This document shows positions 47,563 through 57,405 of a DNA stretch of 64,000 nucleotides, in pieces. Under the pieces are notes generated by a model. That model was not told where the DNA came from, searched no databases, and was given only the letters and a program-made list of their open reading frames with translations. Position numbers and translations under genes: made by a program. Each line of letters starts with the position of its first letter. The stretch's first letter is position 1. Source of the DNA: Candidatus Sumerlaeales bacterium (GTDB lineage: Bacteria; Sumerlaeota; Sumerlaeia; Sumerlaeales; Sumerlaeaceae); assembly GCA_036675025.1 (NCBI GenBank), contig JAKFFN010000113.1, positions 5,337 through 69,336 of the forward strand. The letters run 5' to 3'.

Positions 47563-48945
47563 ATGGCAGAAGTTTATCCATTTATTGGAACTCGATACAA
47601 CTCGCAGCTGATCGGAAGCCTGAGTAAGGTCATCAGTCCGCCGCATGATGCGATAACACCTGAGTTGCAGAACACGTTGTATGATCGGCACGAGCACAAT
47701 ATTGTCCGAATAGCATGCGTGCGGGAAGGCGAGGGTGAAGACGAGGAAGAGGGCTTTTCCAGCCGGTTTAACCGTGCCGCCAACACGCTGGGCTCCTGGC
47801 GCAGCGACGGCGTATTTATCGAAGATGAACGTCCGTCTTTCTACTTGTATGAACAGGTGTTTAAATCTGCCGACGGCCAGGAGCAGCGCCGTTCTGGTTT
47901 TTTTGCCAAGGTAAAACTGGAAGAGACCGTTGTCAGTACTGATCCTGATGCCGTCGGACAACTCTCTGGTGCCCGGGCTGACATGCTCAGCTTTATCCGG
48001 TCCACAAAAGCCAACGTCAGCCCTATAACATCCTTGTTTGATGACCCGGGGCAGGAAGTTACCCAACTCCTCCAGGCACGCATGAAAGAAAAGCCCTGGG
48101 AGGAAATGAAAGACGAAGACGGCGTTGTTCATCGCCTGTGGGTGGTACAGAAGAAAGATTTGCTTCTTAACGTCATCGAGGCCATGAAATCTCGCAACAT
48201 CTTTGTAGCTGAAGGCCAGAAGCGCTACGTGACTGCCCAGGCGTATCGCGATGAGATGCGCGCTGAGGCTGGCAAGGGCGATGGCAAGCAGCCGTATGAT
48301 TTCATTATGATGCTGCTGCTCCCGGCGCACCAGGAAAGCCTCATGGTTGAGCCGGTACATCGCGCCCTTACCAAGAGCATCATGGCAGACGTCGATCTGA
48401 AAGACGCACTGGAAGAGCTCGGCGATAACTTTACCATCGAGCGAGATAAAGTCAACCTGGCCGACAGCGAGGCGGAAGCTGCCCGAGTAGTGGAGAGGTT
48501 GCGTGAACTTGGGAACGACGGCACTACCATCGCACTGGTTCATGCATCGGGCGGCGTGTTTTACCTGAAACTCAACAGCGACGTAGAAATGGCCGACCTG
48601 TACGACGATTCCCAGGTCCCCGATTGCATGGGGGCTGTGGACGTCTGCATTCTTCACAACTATATCATCAACCATGTGCTCATCGGGAACCCGGAATATG
48701 AACTGGATGATGATGAGTGCCTGTATGTGGAATCGGCAGAACAGCTTTTAAATCTGCTCAAACAGAAGAAGGCCGTCTGCGGCTTTCTACTGAATCCCAT
48801 GCCGGTTTCGCGCATGATGACGATTGCAGGCTCGTCGGTGCTTGTGCCCATGGACGAGGGGGCTATGCGTCCGCGTCCTGCTACAGGCCTGGTCCTTCGA
48901 AACATGCAGACCGACAATCCCAAACCCGCTCGCGCGAAGAAATAA
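47563..48945 (+). CDS. DUF1015-family protein
   Basis: Its N-terminus, YPFIGTRYNSQLIGSLSKVISPPHDAI, matches the conserved DUF1015 start (PF.G.RYN....ISPPYD.I). Confidence 0.75.
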   Translation: MAEVYPFIGTRYNSQLIGSLSKVISPPHDAITPELQNTLYDRHEHNIVRIACVREGEGEDEEEGFSSRFNRAANTLGSWRSDGVFIEDERPSFYLYEQVFKSADGQEQRRSGFFAKVKLEETVVSTDPDAVGQLSGARADMLSFIRSTKANVSPITSLFDDPGQEVTQLLQARMKEKPWEEMKDEDGVVHRLWVVQKKDLLLNVIEAMKSRNIFVAEGQKRYVTAQAYRDEMRAEAGKGDGKQPYDFIMMLLLPAHQESLMVEPVHRALTKSIMADVDLKDALEELGDNFTIERDKVNLADSEAEAARVVERLRELGNDGTTIALVHASGGVFYLKLNSDVEMADLYDDSQVPDCMGAVDVCILHNYIINHVLIGNPEYELDDDECLYVESAEQLLNLLKQKKAVCGFLLNPMPVSRMMTIAGSSVLVPMDEGAMRPRPATGLVLRNMQTDNPKPARAKK

Positions 48946-49026
48946 TACGTGCGCCTGGCCCGTGCTTAGATGCTCAGCCAGCTCGCTTCATTGATTACCA
49001 TCTCAACCCTCAGGTAGTACCGATCC

Positions 49027-50118
49027 ATGGCTCGTACGTCCAATAATCTTCTCACGCCCAACCCGGGCAGCCCGGCCGCTGCCGGCTATATCATGCCGGC
49101 AGAATGGGAGACACACGCCGCTACCTGGCTGGCCTGGCCCCATAACATTGAGGACTGGCCGGGGAAGTTTTCCGTCATCCAATGGGTTTACACAGATATC
49201 ATCAGGCACCTGGCGAAAGATGAGATCGTGAACCTGCTGGTAAACGATGCCGCCATGGAAACCAAAGCGCGGCGTGTTCTGGTTAAGCATCACGTGAACC
49301 TCGACGCTGTGAAGTTTCACCACGTAAAGACCGATCGCATCTGGACCCGTGACAGCGGCCCGATTTTCATCCAGAACTCCGACGGCAAAACCGCCATCAC
49401 CAACTGGCACTTTAATGCCTGGGCCAAATATGACAACTGGACCAATGACGACCTGGTGCCGGATGCGGCGGCTGGCGTGCTTCGCTTGAAGCAGTACAAG
49501 CCGACTGCCGGCAAGCCGAAGCGCCGGGTTGTTCTCGAGGGCGGCAGCATCGACGTGAACGGTGCCGGCCTTATCCTTACTACCGAAGAGTGCCTGCTGA
49601 GTGAAGTGCAGCAGCGCAATCCCGGGCTCAGCCGCGAAGAGGTCGAGCAGGTCATGTGCGACAACCTCGGCGTCCGCAAAGTTCTCTGGCTGAAAAATGG
49701 CATCGCCGGCGACGACACCCACGGCCACGTTGACGATCTTGCGCGCTTTACGGATAAGAACACGATTGTCATCGCCTCGGAGCAGGACAAGTCCGACGCG
49801 AACTACGAGAATCTCCGAGAGAACGTGGAACTTCTGCGCAGCATGAAGAACCTGCAGGGTCGGCCGTTCCGGGTTGTGGAACTTCCTATGCCGGCGCCCG
49901 TGGTATTCGAAGGTCAGCGTCTGCCGGCCAGTTATGCGAACTTCTACATCGCCAATAAGAAGGTTCTGGTGCCGACGTTTAATGATCCAAACGACCGCAT
50001 TGCCCTGAACATCCTGGCCGACCTGTTCCCGAAGCGGCAGATCATTGGCATTCATAGCCTGGACCTTGTCTGGGGTCTCGGCACGCTGCATTGCATGACG
50101 CAACAGCAACCTGCGTGA
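49027..50118 (+). CDS. aguA: Agmatine deiminase (porphyranase/PAD family)
   Basis: It has AguA family blocks (ATWLAWPH; EGGSIDVNGAG; GTLHCMTQQ with the catalytic Cys). Confidence 0.85.
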   Translation: MARTSNNLLTPNPGSPAAAGYIMPAEWETHAATWLAWPHNIEDWPGKFSVIQWVYTDIIRHLAKDEIVNLLVNDAAMETKARRVLVKHHVNLDAVKFHHVKTDRIWTRDSGPIFIQNSDGKTAITNWHFNAWAKYDNWTNDDLVPDAAAGVLRLKQYKPTAGKPKRRVVLEGGSIDVNGAGLILTTEECLLSEVQQRNPGLSREEVEQVMCDNLGVRKVLWLKNGIAGDDTHGHVDDLARFTDKNTIVIASEQDKSDANYENLRENVELLRSMKNLQGRPFRVVELPMPAPVVFEGQRLPASYANFYIANKKVLVPTFNDPNDRIALNILADLFPKRQIIGIHSLDLVWGLGTLHCMTQQQPA

Positions 50119-50503
50119 TTTTCGCTGGCGTGGGTAAGAAGGGCCGCGAAAGTTTTCCACAGGCAAAAAAAAAGTAATTCTAATTGCTTCAAATGCAGTG
50201 GATGCAGCGTTTTTACCTGATCTATTAAGTACATAATTATCTCGTTCTGTGCAGGTTTGGGCCGGGTAAACAGCCTTTGAATCGCTGCCGAAGTGGCCGT
50301 CGCGGAAGTGGGAGAGTTCCTGGTTCTTTTAGTTTTCATAGTGCTGGTATTTAACCGGAAGAAATCCGGTGCGCCATTCCCACACGGACCCTTAGAGACC
50401 CTTACGGGATCAGAATCATTAATCGGGGGAGTGATGCCAAACCTTGTTGATCCTGTCGGGATCATATCAGAGGAAGTAGCTTGGCGATAGCTGGAGGTGT
50501 TGG

Positions 50504-51895
50504 ATGCTCAATGGATTAAAGTCGTTAGGGTGGTGGCAGGTTTGGGTATTGCTGTTTTGTGTTGTCGGGCAGGCCGCGGAGCAATCAGACGCGAGTACGT
50601 CATCGCCGCTCTACTTTAGACAGTATGCGGTGCGGGAGTCTCGTCTGTTGGAGCTGGCAGGGGACGGCAAATACCGCCTGCTGGAGCGGGAGCATGATCG
50701 CGTAGATGAGGTCGATCGCGGGGCATGGGACGAGGTGAGTGCGGGGCAGTTGCGGTTGGTATCGTGGCGGTTTTCCAAGACTATAGATTCACCGCCTTTA
50801 AAGCTTGGTTGGGTGACAACAGAGACTTTATCGGAACTGGATCGACTGGACTCAGCCCTGGACCATATCCTGTCGCATGATCAAAGCACCACTATCCCGG
50901 GGGGATATGTCGATAACACCTTGCGCTATGCGCTTAACGATACAAAGGTGCGGCCGGATATTGATTACGAACGGATAAGAATTAAAGACCCCCAACCTAT
51001 AAGCCGGTTGGAAGTTGAGAGTTTTAAGACCGCGGTGGGCGCGGCGATGACATCACCCATTGCAGTGACGGTTGTGGCGAAGCAAAGGGAGCAGAAGGAA
51101 GTTCCGTATTTGGAGATTCCTGCCGTGACCGACTATCCGTGGGTAGGTCTGCAGAGGGCTTCTGTTAATGATGCTGCCGCGCTGGAGGCAATTACGACGG
51201 CGCCAGCGGTGGAGCGCATTCGCGGATTGTTTGTGCAGATTACGGAGGAAGAATTCCGGCGAGAGGCGACATCGCACCAGGAGTATCTGTTTGTGCCGCA
51301 GTTTGGTGCAGATGTTAGCAGTGCACCGGCGCCAGTCAAAACTTCGGATCCTGCGGTGGACCCGGTAGGCGCCATCCAGGCGTTCGTGCCGAGCCTTGTG
51401 GAGCTATCCACTAGCACGACGGAAGAAGTTGCAGGCTATTATGCGAATCCCGGCCCTACCATGAAAGGCGGATTGTCGGGGAGCAGGCTGTACCTGTTTC
51501 CGGATAGTTCCTATTTCTTCATTGAGTGGGCAGATATTATGCCCGGGCTGATAACGAGCCGGGGCATATGGGACGTGGTGGGGGATTATGTGCTGCTAAC
51601 GGATGATGGCACCGTGCAGGGCAAGGGGCGTCGGATGGATGATTTTGCATACCTGCCGGTGACGTATAAGGAGAAGGGGACAACGGTGACGGGATTGTTG
51701 GGATTTCCGGAGTCGTATGAGTGGCTGATGGATGATGATGTTTTTGACAGCCGGCGTCTGTTGTTCAGGACTATGGAGAGGTCGCGGGATATTCCGGTGG
51801 CGGAGGCAGCGGAGCTAAAGGCTGAACTGATGCGGAAACATTGGCGTCCGGATTACGCGGCGGGCAAGCCGGGGGCGCAGCCGCCGAAACGGTAG
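50504..51895 (+). CDS. Secreted hypothetical protein (463 aa)
   Basis: It has a signal peptide (LGWWQVWVLLFCVVGQA) and a GGAGG RBS. I found no assignable domain. Confidence 0.55.
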   Translation: MLNGLKSLGWWQVWVLLFCVVGQAAEQSDASTSSPLYFRQYAVRESRLLELAGDGKYRLLEREHDRVDEVDRGAWDEVSAGQLRLVSWRFSKTIDSPPLKLGWVTTETLSELDRLDSALDHILSHDQSTTIPGGYVDNTLRYALNDTKVRPDIDYERIRIKDPQPISRLEVESFKTAVGAAMTSPIAVTVVAKQREQKEVPYLEIPAVTDYPWVGLQRASVNDAAALEAITTAPAVERIRGLFVQITEEEFRREATSHQEYLFVPQFGADVSSAPAPVKTSDPAVDPVGAIQAFVPSLVELSTSTTEEVAGYYANPGPTMKGGLSGSRLYLFPDSSYFFIEWADIMPGLITSRGIWDVVGDYVLLTDDGTVQGKGRRMDDFAYLPVTYKEKGTTVTGLLGFPESYEWLMDDDVFDSRRLLFRTMERSRDIPVAEAAELKAELMRKHWRPDYAAGKPGAQPPKR

Positions 51896-52097
51896 GAAGG
51901 CTAAATGATTAGCAACTTCTGGGAATGCGCCCGGTTGCTGGCGCTGTTGGAAGGTTTGTGAGGAGCGTGTGGGAACAATAAACGTCGAGGCTGACTTCGT
52001 ACGTGAAAACTGGGGTAAATATTATGTTATGTTTGCTTCTGGCTTTGCACGCGGAAATTTTGGGTCGGTATGCGCTTTCCTACAGCGCCAGCAAGCG

Positions 52098-52124
52098 GGC
52101 GCACTCCTAGAGGGTGCGCTTTTT
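52098..52124 (+). terminator. Rho-independent terminator-like hairpin + T5
   Basis: An 8-bp stem (one G·U) with a CTAGA loop is followed by TTTTT. It lies about 200 nt after the 50504..51895 gene. Confidence 0.5.
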
Positions 52125-52265
52125 CGTGTGATGGCGCTGCGCGGGTTTGGGGTGGCGGGTTTTTCCGGTGCTGCGCACCGGCGGGCGGGACGCCCGCGCT
52201 CCCAGGAACAGCGCTCCCAGAATCTGGCGCTTCGCGGGTTGGCGCTCCAGTAAGCTTGTCAGGTG

Positions 52266-55200
52266 TTACTCGTAGCGCTCATTTTCTATTAGCCTGAACT
52301 GTACGCGGTTTACTCCGGGGGTGCGGTGGAGGTTTTTGATGAGGTTGTCGGTCAGGCGGACTTTGATTTTGTCTGACAGGTTTACGCGAAGTTCGCTTTC
52401 GCGTTCTACTGTTGGTATTACCAGGTTCACGGGCTTGGTTCCCGGTTCGCTTTTCAGCAGCGTGTGGAGTTTTTCCATCAGGCCGTTACGGGCGGCGTCG
52501 TAGTCGAGGCGCAGCTCCAGGCGTTCTGTCTGCTTTTCGCGGAGTTCTTCCACCGGCATCACGTCGTTCGCCAGCATCTTCTTTACGCCTTCGCGGTCCT
52601 GGATCTTGCCGCGGAGCATCAACACCTGGTCTAGCGCGATATACTGCCGTGTTTTTTCGAACGTGCGCGAGAAGAAGACAACCTCGATGGTCGCGTTGAC
52701 GTCGCTCACTTCCACAAACGCCATGTTGCCGCCGTTGCGGTCGACCTTGTTAATGATCTTCGTCACCATTCCCACGATCGTCGCGAACTGCCCGTCTTCC
52801 GCCAGGCTGATCTTGCTGATGGGGAAATCGGCGAAATTCTGAATGTCTGCCTCGTAGGCGTCCAGCGGGTGACCGCTCACGAAGAAGCCGATCAGTTCCT
52901 TCTCATACTGGAGCCGCAGCTTGTCATCGATTTCCGGGATGTCGCGAAGCTGAACTGATCCCGTCTCATCTGCGCCGATTTCGCCTTCGCCGTCAGAGAA
53001 TGCATCAAAGAGGCTTGCCTGGCCGCGCGCTTTTTCCTGCGCCTTCACCTGCGCCAGGCTGATGCATTGTTCCGCAACTTCAAGCAACTGGCTGCGCCGG
53101 TGCCCCAGTGAGTCAAACGCTCCCACCTTGATCAGGCAGTCCAGCGTGTTCAGTCGAAGGAAAGCCGGGTCCAGGCGCTGGCAGAAGTCTTCGAAAGACG
53201 TATACTTGCCGTTCTTATCGCGCTCGGCCACCAGGCTTTCCACCACGGCCTCGCCAACGTTCTTGATCCCGGCTAATCCAAACCGCACTGACTTCTCACG
53301 CGGTGTAAAGTTCTTATCGCTGCCGTTCACATCCGGCCCCAGCACCTTAATGTCCAGTTCGCGCGCTTCTGCGAAATAGGTCACCATGTCTTCCACTTTG
53401 CCGCCGATGGCATTGGTCATCAGGGCGGCCATGTACTCGACAGGGTAGTGGGTTTTCAGGTAGGCTGTACGGAAGGAAATGATGGCGTAGGCAGCCGAGT
53501 GCGACTTGTTGAAACCGTATCCGGCGAAGTAGTCGATCTGCTGGAAAATGTGATCCGAAATTTTTGGATCGACGTTGTGATGCTCTTTCGCGCCCTCAAC
53601 GAACTGGACGCGGATTTTCGCCATCTCCTCGGCCTTCTTTTTACCCATGGCGCGGCGCATCAGGTCGGCGCCGCCGAGGGTAAAGCCGGCCAGTACCTGG
53701 GCGATTTTCATCACCTGTTCCTGGTAAAGGATGATTCCGTAGGTCTCCCTGAGGATATCTTCAAGCAGTGGGTGATCGTACTTCACTTCCTTGCGGCCGT
53801 GTTTGCGGTCAACGAAGTCTTCCACCATGCCGCTGCCGAGCGGACCCGGGCGATACAGCGCCAGCAAAGCCGTGATGTCTTCAAAACAGTTAGGGCGCAG
53901 GCTGCGCACCAGCGATGTCATGCCGCTCGATTCCAGCTGGAACACACCAAACGTGCGGCCTTCCGTCAGCAGGCGAAGCGTCGCGGGATCATCCAGCGGA
54001 ATTTCGGCCCAGTCCACTTCCACGCCGTGGTTCTTGCGGATGCTCTTCAGACAGTTCTCGATAACGGTGAGGTTCTTCAGGCCGAGGAAGTCCATCTTCA
54101 GCATGCCGATCTCTTCCACCGTCGTCATGGTGTACTGCGTGGCCATATCGGGGCTGTCGGCCGGCTTATACACCGGCACAAGATCGCTGATATCCTGGTC
54201 GCTGATAACCACGCCGGCCGCATGGGTGCTGGCGTGGCGGGCCATGCCTTCCATGCTCTTGGCGTAGTCCATCACCTTGCGGAGGGTTGCGTCTTCTTCG
54301 TATATCTTCTTCAGCTCGGGAATTGTCTCCAGCGCGGTCTCAAAGGTCGTCTTGCCCTTCTCGGCCTTCAGCAGCGTGGGGATCAGCTTTGCTACGCGGT
54401 CGACTTCCTGCAGCGGCACATTCATGGCGCGGCCCACGTCGCGAATCGCATTCTTCGGCTTCAGGGTTCCGAAGGTGATGATCTGCGCCACGTTCTTCTC
54501 GCCGTACTTGCGTTTCACGTACTCGATCACGCGGCCGCGGTTTTCGTAGCAGAAGTCGATATCAATATCAGGCATGCTGATACGCTCGGGGTTCAGGAAT
54601 CGCTCGAAGATCAGCCCGTGCTCGATGGGATCGATATCAGTAATTTCCAAACAGTAAGCCACCAGGCTGCCAGCCGCGCTGCCGCGACCCGGACCTACAG
54701 GAATGCCGTTTACCCTGGCGTAATGGATGAAATCCCACACGATAAGAAAGTACGAGCTGAAACCCATGCTCTGGATGCAGGCCAGCTCCATGTCCATGCG
54801 TTCCTTCTGAGAAGGAGTGGGCTCTTTGTACCGCTTCACCAGGCCTTCATAGGTCACCTGGCGCAGATACTCATCAATGGAAAGGCCGTCGGGCGGCTGG
54901 AACACCGGGAGCAGCTTCTGGTTAAATTTGATATCGCAATTGCAGCGCTCCGCCACGGCCAGCGTCTCGCGGCAAGCCTCCGGCATCTCTGCAAACACCT
55001 GGTACATCTCTTCCGCCGTCTTTACATAGAAGGCATCGCTGCTGAACTTGAAGCGCTTTTCATCCTGAAGCGTCTTGCCCGTCTGGATGCACAGGAGCAC
55101 ATCATGAAAGGCGGCATCTTCTTTCATGGTGTAGTGGCAGTCGTTGGTGGCCAACAGGGGAATCTGGTAATGCTTGGCAAACTCGCGCATGTACCGGATC

Positions 55201-55766
55201 ACGGTCTTTTGCTCCGGCAGGTCGTGATCCTGGATTTCAAAGTAGTAACGGTCGGGACCGAAGATCTGAAGATAGTCGTCGATGAGTTTCTTTGCTTTGT
55301 CTTCGCGGCCCTCTACCAGCGCTTCGGGGATTTCGCCTTTGAGGCAGCTGGAGGTAGCGATGACGCCCTTGCTGTACTTTGCCAGCATCTCGTGGTCGAT
55401 ACGCGGCTTGTAGTAATAGCCTTCGGTGTAGCCGATGCTGCTGAGCTTGGCGATGTTGAGGTAGCCTTCGTAACTATCGGCCAGGAGCAGCAGGTGGTTG
55501 GCTGATTTGCGCTCGGCCACGTCGCCGCGTTTCTGGCGACCTTCGGGCGCCATGTAAACCTCGCACCCGATGATGGGTTTGATGCCGTCTTTCTTGCACT
55601 GCTTGTAAAAGTTCACCGCGCCAAACATGTTGCCATGGTCGGTAAGCGCGACGGCGTTCATGCCGAGCTGGTGCAGGCGTTTTGTCAGCTGGTCAAAGCG
55701 ACAGGCACCATCCAGCAGACTGAACTCAGAGTGCAAATGTAAATGGACAAACTCAGGCTTACTCAC
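52266..55766 (-). CDS. dnaE: DNA polymerase III α subunit
   Basis: It is 1166 aa. The PHP domain HLHLHSEFSLLDGA is at the N-terminus. It has the polymerase core, OB fold and τ-binding region. Confidence 0.95.
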   Translation of the reverse strand: MSKPEFVHLHLHSEFSLLDGACRFDQLTKRLHQLGMNAVALTDHGNMFGAVNFYKQCKKDGIKPIIGCEVYMAPEGRQKRGDVAERKSANHLLLLADSYEGYLNIAKLSSIGYTEGYYYKPRIDHEMLAKYSKGVIATSSCLKGEIPEALVEGREDKAKKLIDDYLQIFGPDRYYFEIQDHDLPEQKTVIRYMREFAKHYQIPLLATNDCHYTMKEDAAFHDVLLCIQTGKTLQDEKRFKFSSDAFYVKTAEEMYQVFAEMPEACRETLAVAERCNCDIKFNQKLLPVFQPPDGLSIDEYLRQVTYEGLVKRYKEPTPSQKERMDMELACIQSMGFSSYFLIVWDFIHYARVNGIPVGPGRGSAAGSLVAYCLEITDIDPIEHGLIFERFLNPERISMPDIDIDFCYENRGRVIEYVKRKYGEKNVAQIITFGTLKPKNAIRDVGRAMNVPLQEVDRVAKLIPTLLKAEKGKTTFETALETIPELKKIYEEDATLRKVMDYAKSMEGMARHASTHAAGVVISDQDISDLVPVYKPADSPDMATQYTMTTVEEIGMLKMDFLGLKNLTVIENCLKSIRKNHGVEVDWAEIPLDDPATLRLLTEGRTFGVFQLESSGMTSLVRSLRPNCFEDITALLALYRPGPLGSGMVEDFVDRKHGRKEVKYDHPLLEDILRETYGIILYQEQVMKIAQVLAGFTLGGADLMRRAMGKKKAEEMAKIRVQFVEGAKEHHNVDPKISDHIFQQIDYFAGYGFNKSHSAAYAIISFRTAYLKTHYPVEYMAALMTNAIGGKVEDMVTYFAEARELDIKVLGPDVNGSDKNFTPREKSVRFGLAGIKNVGEAVVESLVAERDKNGKYTSFEDFCQRLDPAFLRLNTLDCLIKVGAFDSLGHRRSQLLEVAEQCISLAQVKAQEKARGQASLFDAFSDGEGEIGADETGSVQLRDIPEIDDKLRLQYEKELIGFFVSGHPLDAYEADIQNFADFPISKISLAEDGQFATIVGMVTKIINKVDRNGGNMAFVEVSDVNATIEVVFFSRTFEKTRQYIALDQVLMLRGKIQDREGVKKMLANDVMPVEELREKQTERLELRLDYDAARNGLMEKLHTLLKSEPGTKPVNLVIPTVERESELRVNLSDKIKVRLTDNLIKNLHRTPGVNRVQFRLIENERYE

Positions 55767-55823
55767 GGGAACAACAGACCTCGATAAACTTCGAGAGGCA
55801 ACTACAGAAGATAAGAAATAATT

Positions 55824-55856
55824 GCCGCAAAAAGGCGCAAAAGGCGCAAAAAAGGC
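55824..55856. repeat. Left arm of imperfect inverted repeat flanking the GxxExxY gene (contains 3× GCGCAAAAAG)
   Basis: The arm reads GCCGCAAAAAGGCGCAAAAGGCGCAAAAAAGGC. The reverse complement of 56317..56348 is GCCGCAAAAAAGCACAAAAGGCGCAAAAAAAA. Confidence 0.6.
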
Positions 55857-55926
55857 ATCGGAAAATTCTGGATTCTTTACCTTGCCTGCTTATTCTTTGG
55901 GTGAAATTTCTCAGTGAGGAAGCATA

Positions 55927-56316
55927 TTGGAACCTGCTAAAGATCCTATTTTTCAGCTATGCGATACAATAAGGGAAACTTCATTTGCGCTGCATTCGTA
56001 CCTGCGGCACGGACAGATGGAAAAGGTTTATGAAAATGGATTAGTCCATCGATTACGGAAATTTGGCTATCATGTGGAGCAGCAGTTTCCCATTGCAGTA
56101 CGAGACGAAGATGGTACGATTCTAGGTGATTTCTTTGCTGATGTCTTTGTCCAGTCTGAAATTGTTGTTGAACTAAAGGCGTGTAGAAACCTATGTGATG
56201 AGCACGTGGCTCAACTGCTTGGCTACCTAAGGGCATCGAACCTGGAACACGGCTTGTTGATCAACTTCGGTGCACCAAAGCTTCAAATCAAGAAGCTTGC
56301 ACTGTCTCATGCCTAG
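55927..56316 (+). CDS. GxxExxY-family protein
   Basis: It has the signature GQMEKVY. It ends with the typical HGLLINFG block. It starts at a TTG with a GAGGAAG RBS. Confidence 0.8.
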   Translation: MEPAKDPIFQLCDTIRETSFALHSYLRHGQMEKVYENGLVHRLRKFGYHVEQQFPIAVRDEDGTILGDFFADVFVQSEIVVELKACRNLCDEHVAQLLGYLRASNLEHGLLINFGAPKLQIKKLALSHA

Positions 56317-56348
56317 TTTTTTTTGCGCCTTTTGTGCTTTTTTGCGGC
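56317..56348. repeat. Right arm of inverted repeat flanking the GxxExxY gene
   Basis: The arm TTTTTTTTGCGCCTTTTGTGCTTTTTTGCGGC lies immediately after the stop codon. Confidence 0.6.
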
Positions 56349-56416
56349 TAAATTTTGTTGCCTTGCCAAACGACATGTTCAATATATGATCTTAGCCTGT
56401 TTAAAGGGGAGTAGCT

Positions 56417-57340
56417 ATGCGTGCTTTATGGGGACTAGGCTTGATAAGTCTTTCTGCTGTTGTTTCGGCTGATATCATTCATTTAGATTCCGGTAAGTCC
56501 ATCCAGGGTGTTGTGGTTCAGGAGACTGCTTCTCAGCTTCAGGTGGAGACTTCTGCTGGGATCATGCGGTTTCAGCGGGGAGAGGTTTCGCGGATTGATC
56601 GTGATAATGCGCAGGTGGTGGCAACCCTGCAGAAACTTGTGGCGTCCGGCGAGGGGACTGAAGCTGTCGACCGGATCAGCCGCCTTGATCGCACCCGGTT
56701 TTCTGCCGCGGAACTGGCCACTGTAGATCAACTGGCCGCGCAGGTGAATCAGCAGTCGGCGTTATCGGCGGCGCAGACCGTGCACCAGCAGGACATGAAA
56801 GTTGTGGGCGAGGCGGCGGCCGTTTTCCAGAAACTGGGCTGGCGCGAAAGCGCTGCGCACCTTGAGCATGCATGTGCTGCTGCCCAGGTGCCTCTCATAA
56901 ATTCCCAGGTTGCCCTTGTGGAACTCTATGCGGCAAACGCCACATATCCTGAGGCCATGGATTTCTCGACAAAACTGGACGGTTATATGGCCGGAGGATC
57001 AACGGCTGTGTACCAGCAGGCACTGGCTTCTGCCCGCCAGAAGTTTGACCAGCGAATTGATCAGCTTAGGATCGACAAAGAGAAGCGCGACCAGGCGTTT
57101 ACGTCCGCCGGTGAAGCCCGGGCCCGGCTTGACCAGGCCGCCCAACAGCGCGCCCAGGCGGCTGCGGTGCAGGGTGCACGCATAGCCGCGGCAAATCCGA
57201 ACAAGTTTAAGCCGAAGGCCGCTGATCTGGGAAAGATTGAAGCTGCCAAAAAATCCCGCGCTGCCGCATTGACCCGCGAGGCCATGGATAAGGCAGGCGT
57301 AAAGATGAACTGCCAGGGCGGCGTTTGCCCTTCTCGGTAA
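56417..57340 (+). CDS. Secreted hypothetical protein, Ala/Gln-rich coiled-coil-like
   Basis: It has a signal peptide (MRALWGLGLISLSAVVSA) and an AAGGGGAG RBS. The C-terminal half is low-complexity Q/A-rich. Confidence 0.55.
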   Translation: MRALWGLGLISLSAVVSADIIHLDSGKSIQGVVVQETASQLQVETSAGIMRFQRGEVSRIDRDNAQVVATLQKLVASGEGTEAVDRISRLDRTRFSAAELATVDQLAAQVNQQSALSAAQTVHQQDMKVVGEAAAVFQKLGWRESAAHLEHACAAAQVPLINSQVALVELYAANATYPEAMDFSTKLDGYMAGGSTAVYQQALASARQKFDQRIDQLRIDKEKRDQAFTSAGEARARLDQAAQQRAQAAAVQGARIAAANPNKFKPKAADLGKIEAAKKSRAAALTREAMDKAGVKMNCQGGVCPSR

Positions 57341-57405
57341 TGATTCTTTAGTAATTTTAGGTGGGATGGAGCGCGCTGAACGCGTATGCTCCAAGGCAAA
57401 AAAAA

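Noticed and set aside
51969-52253. 94-aa ORF in the dnaE-proximal spacer
   Set aside because: It contains the hairpin-T5 terminator in its middle and has Ala/Arg/Gly low-complexity composition from GC-rich DNA.
53448-55505. 685-aa plus-strand ORF
   Set aside because: It lies entirely inside and antisense to dnaE. It arises from a GC-rich open antisense frame, not a gene.
57361-57405. GGAGC…GCTCC hairpin next to the tRNA 3' end
   Set aside because: The A/T run is on the wrong side of the hairpin for either strand, so it is not a canonical intrinsic terminator.
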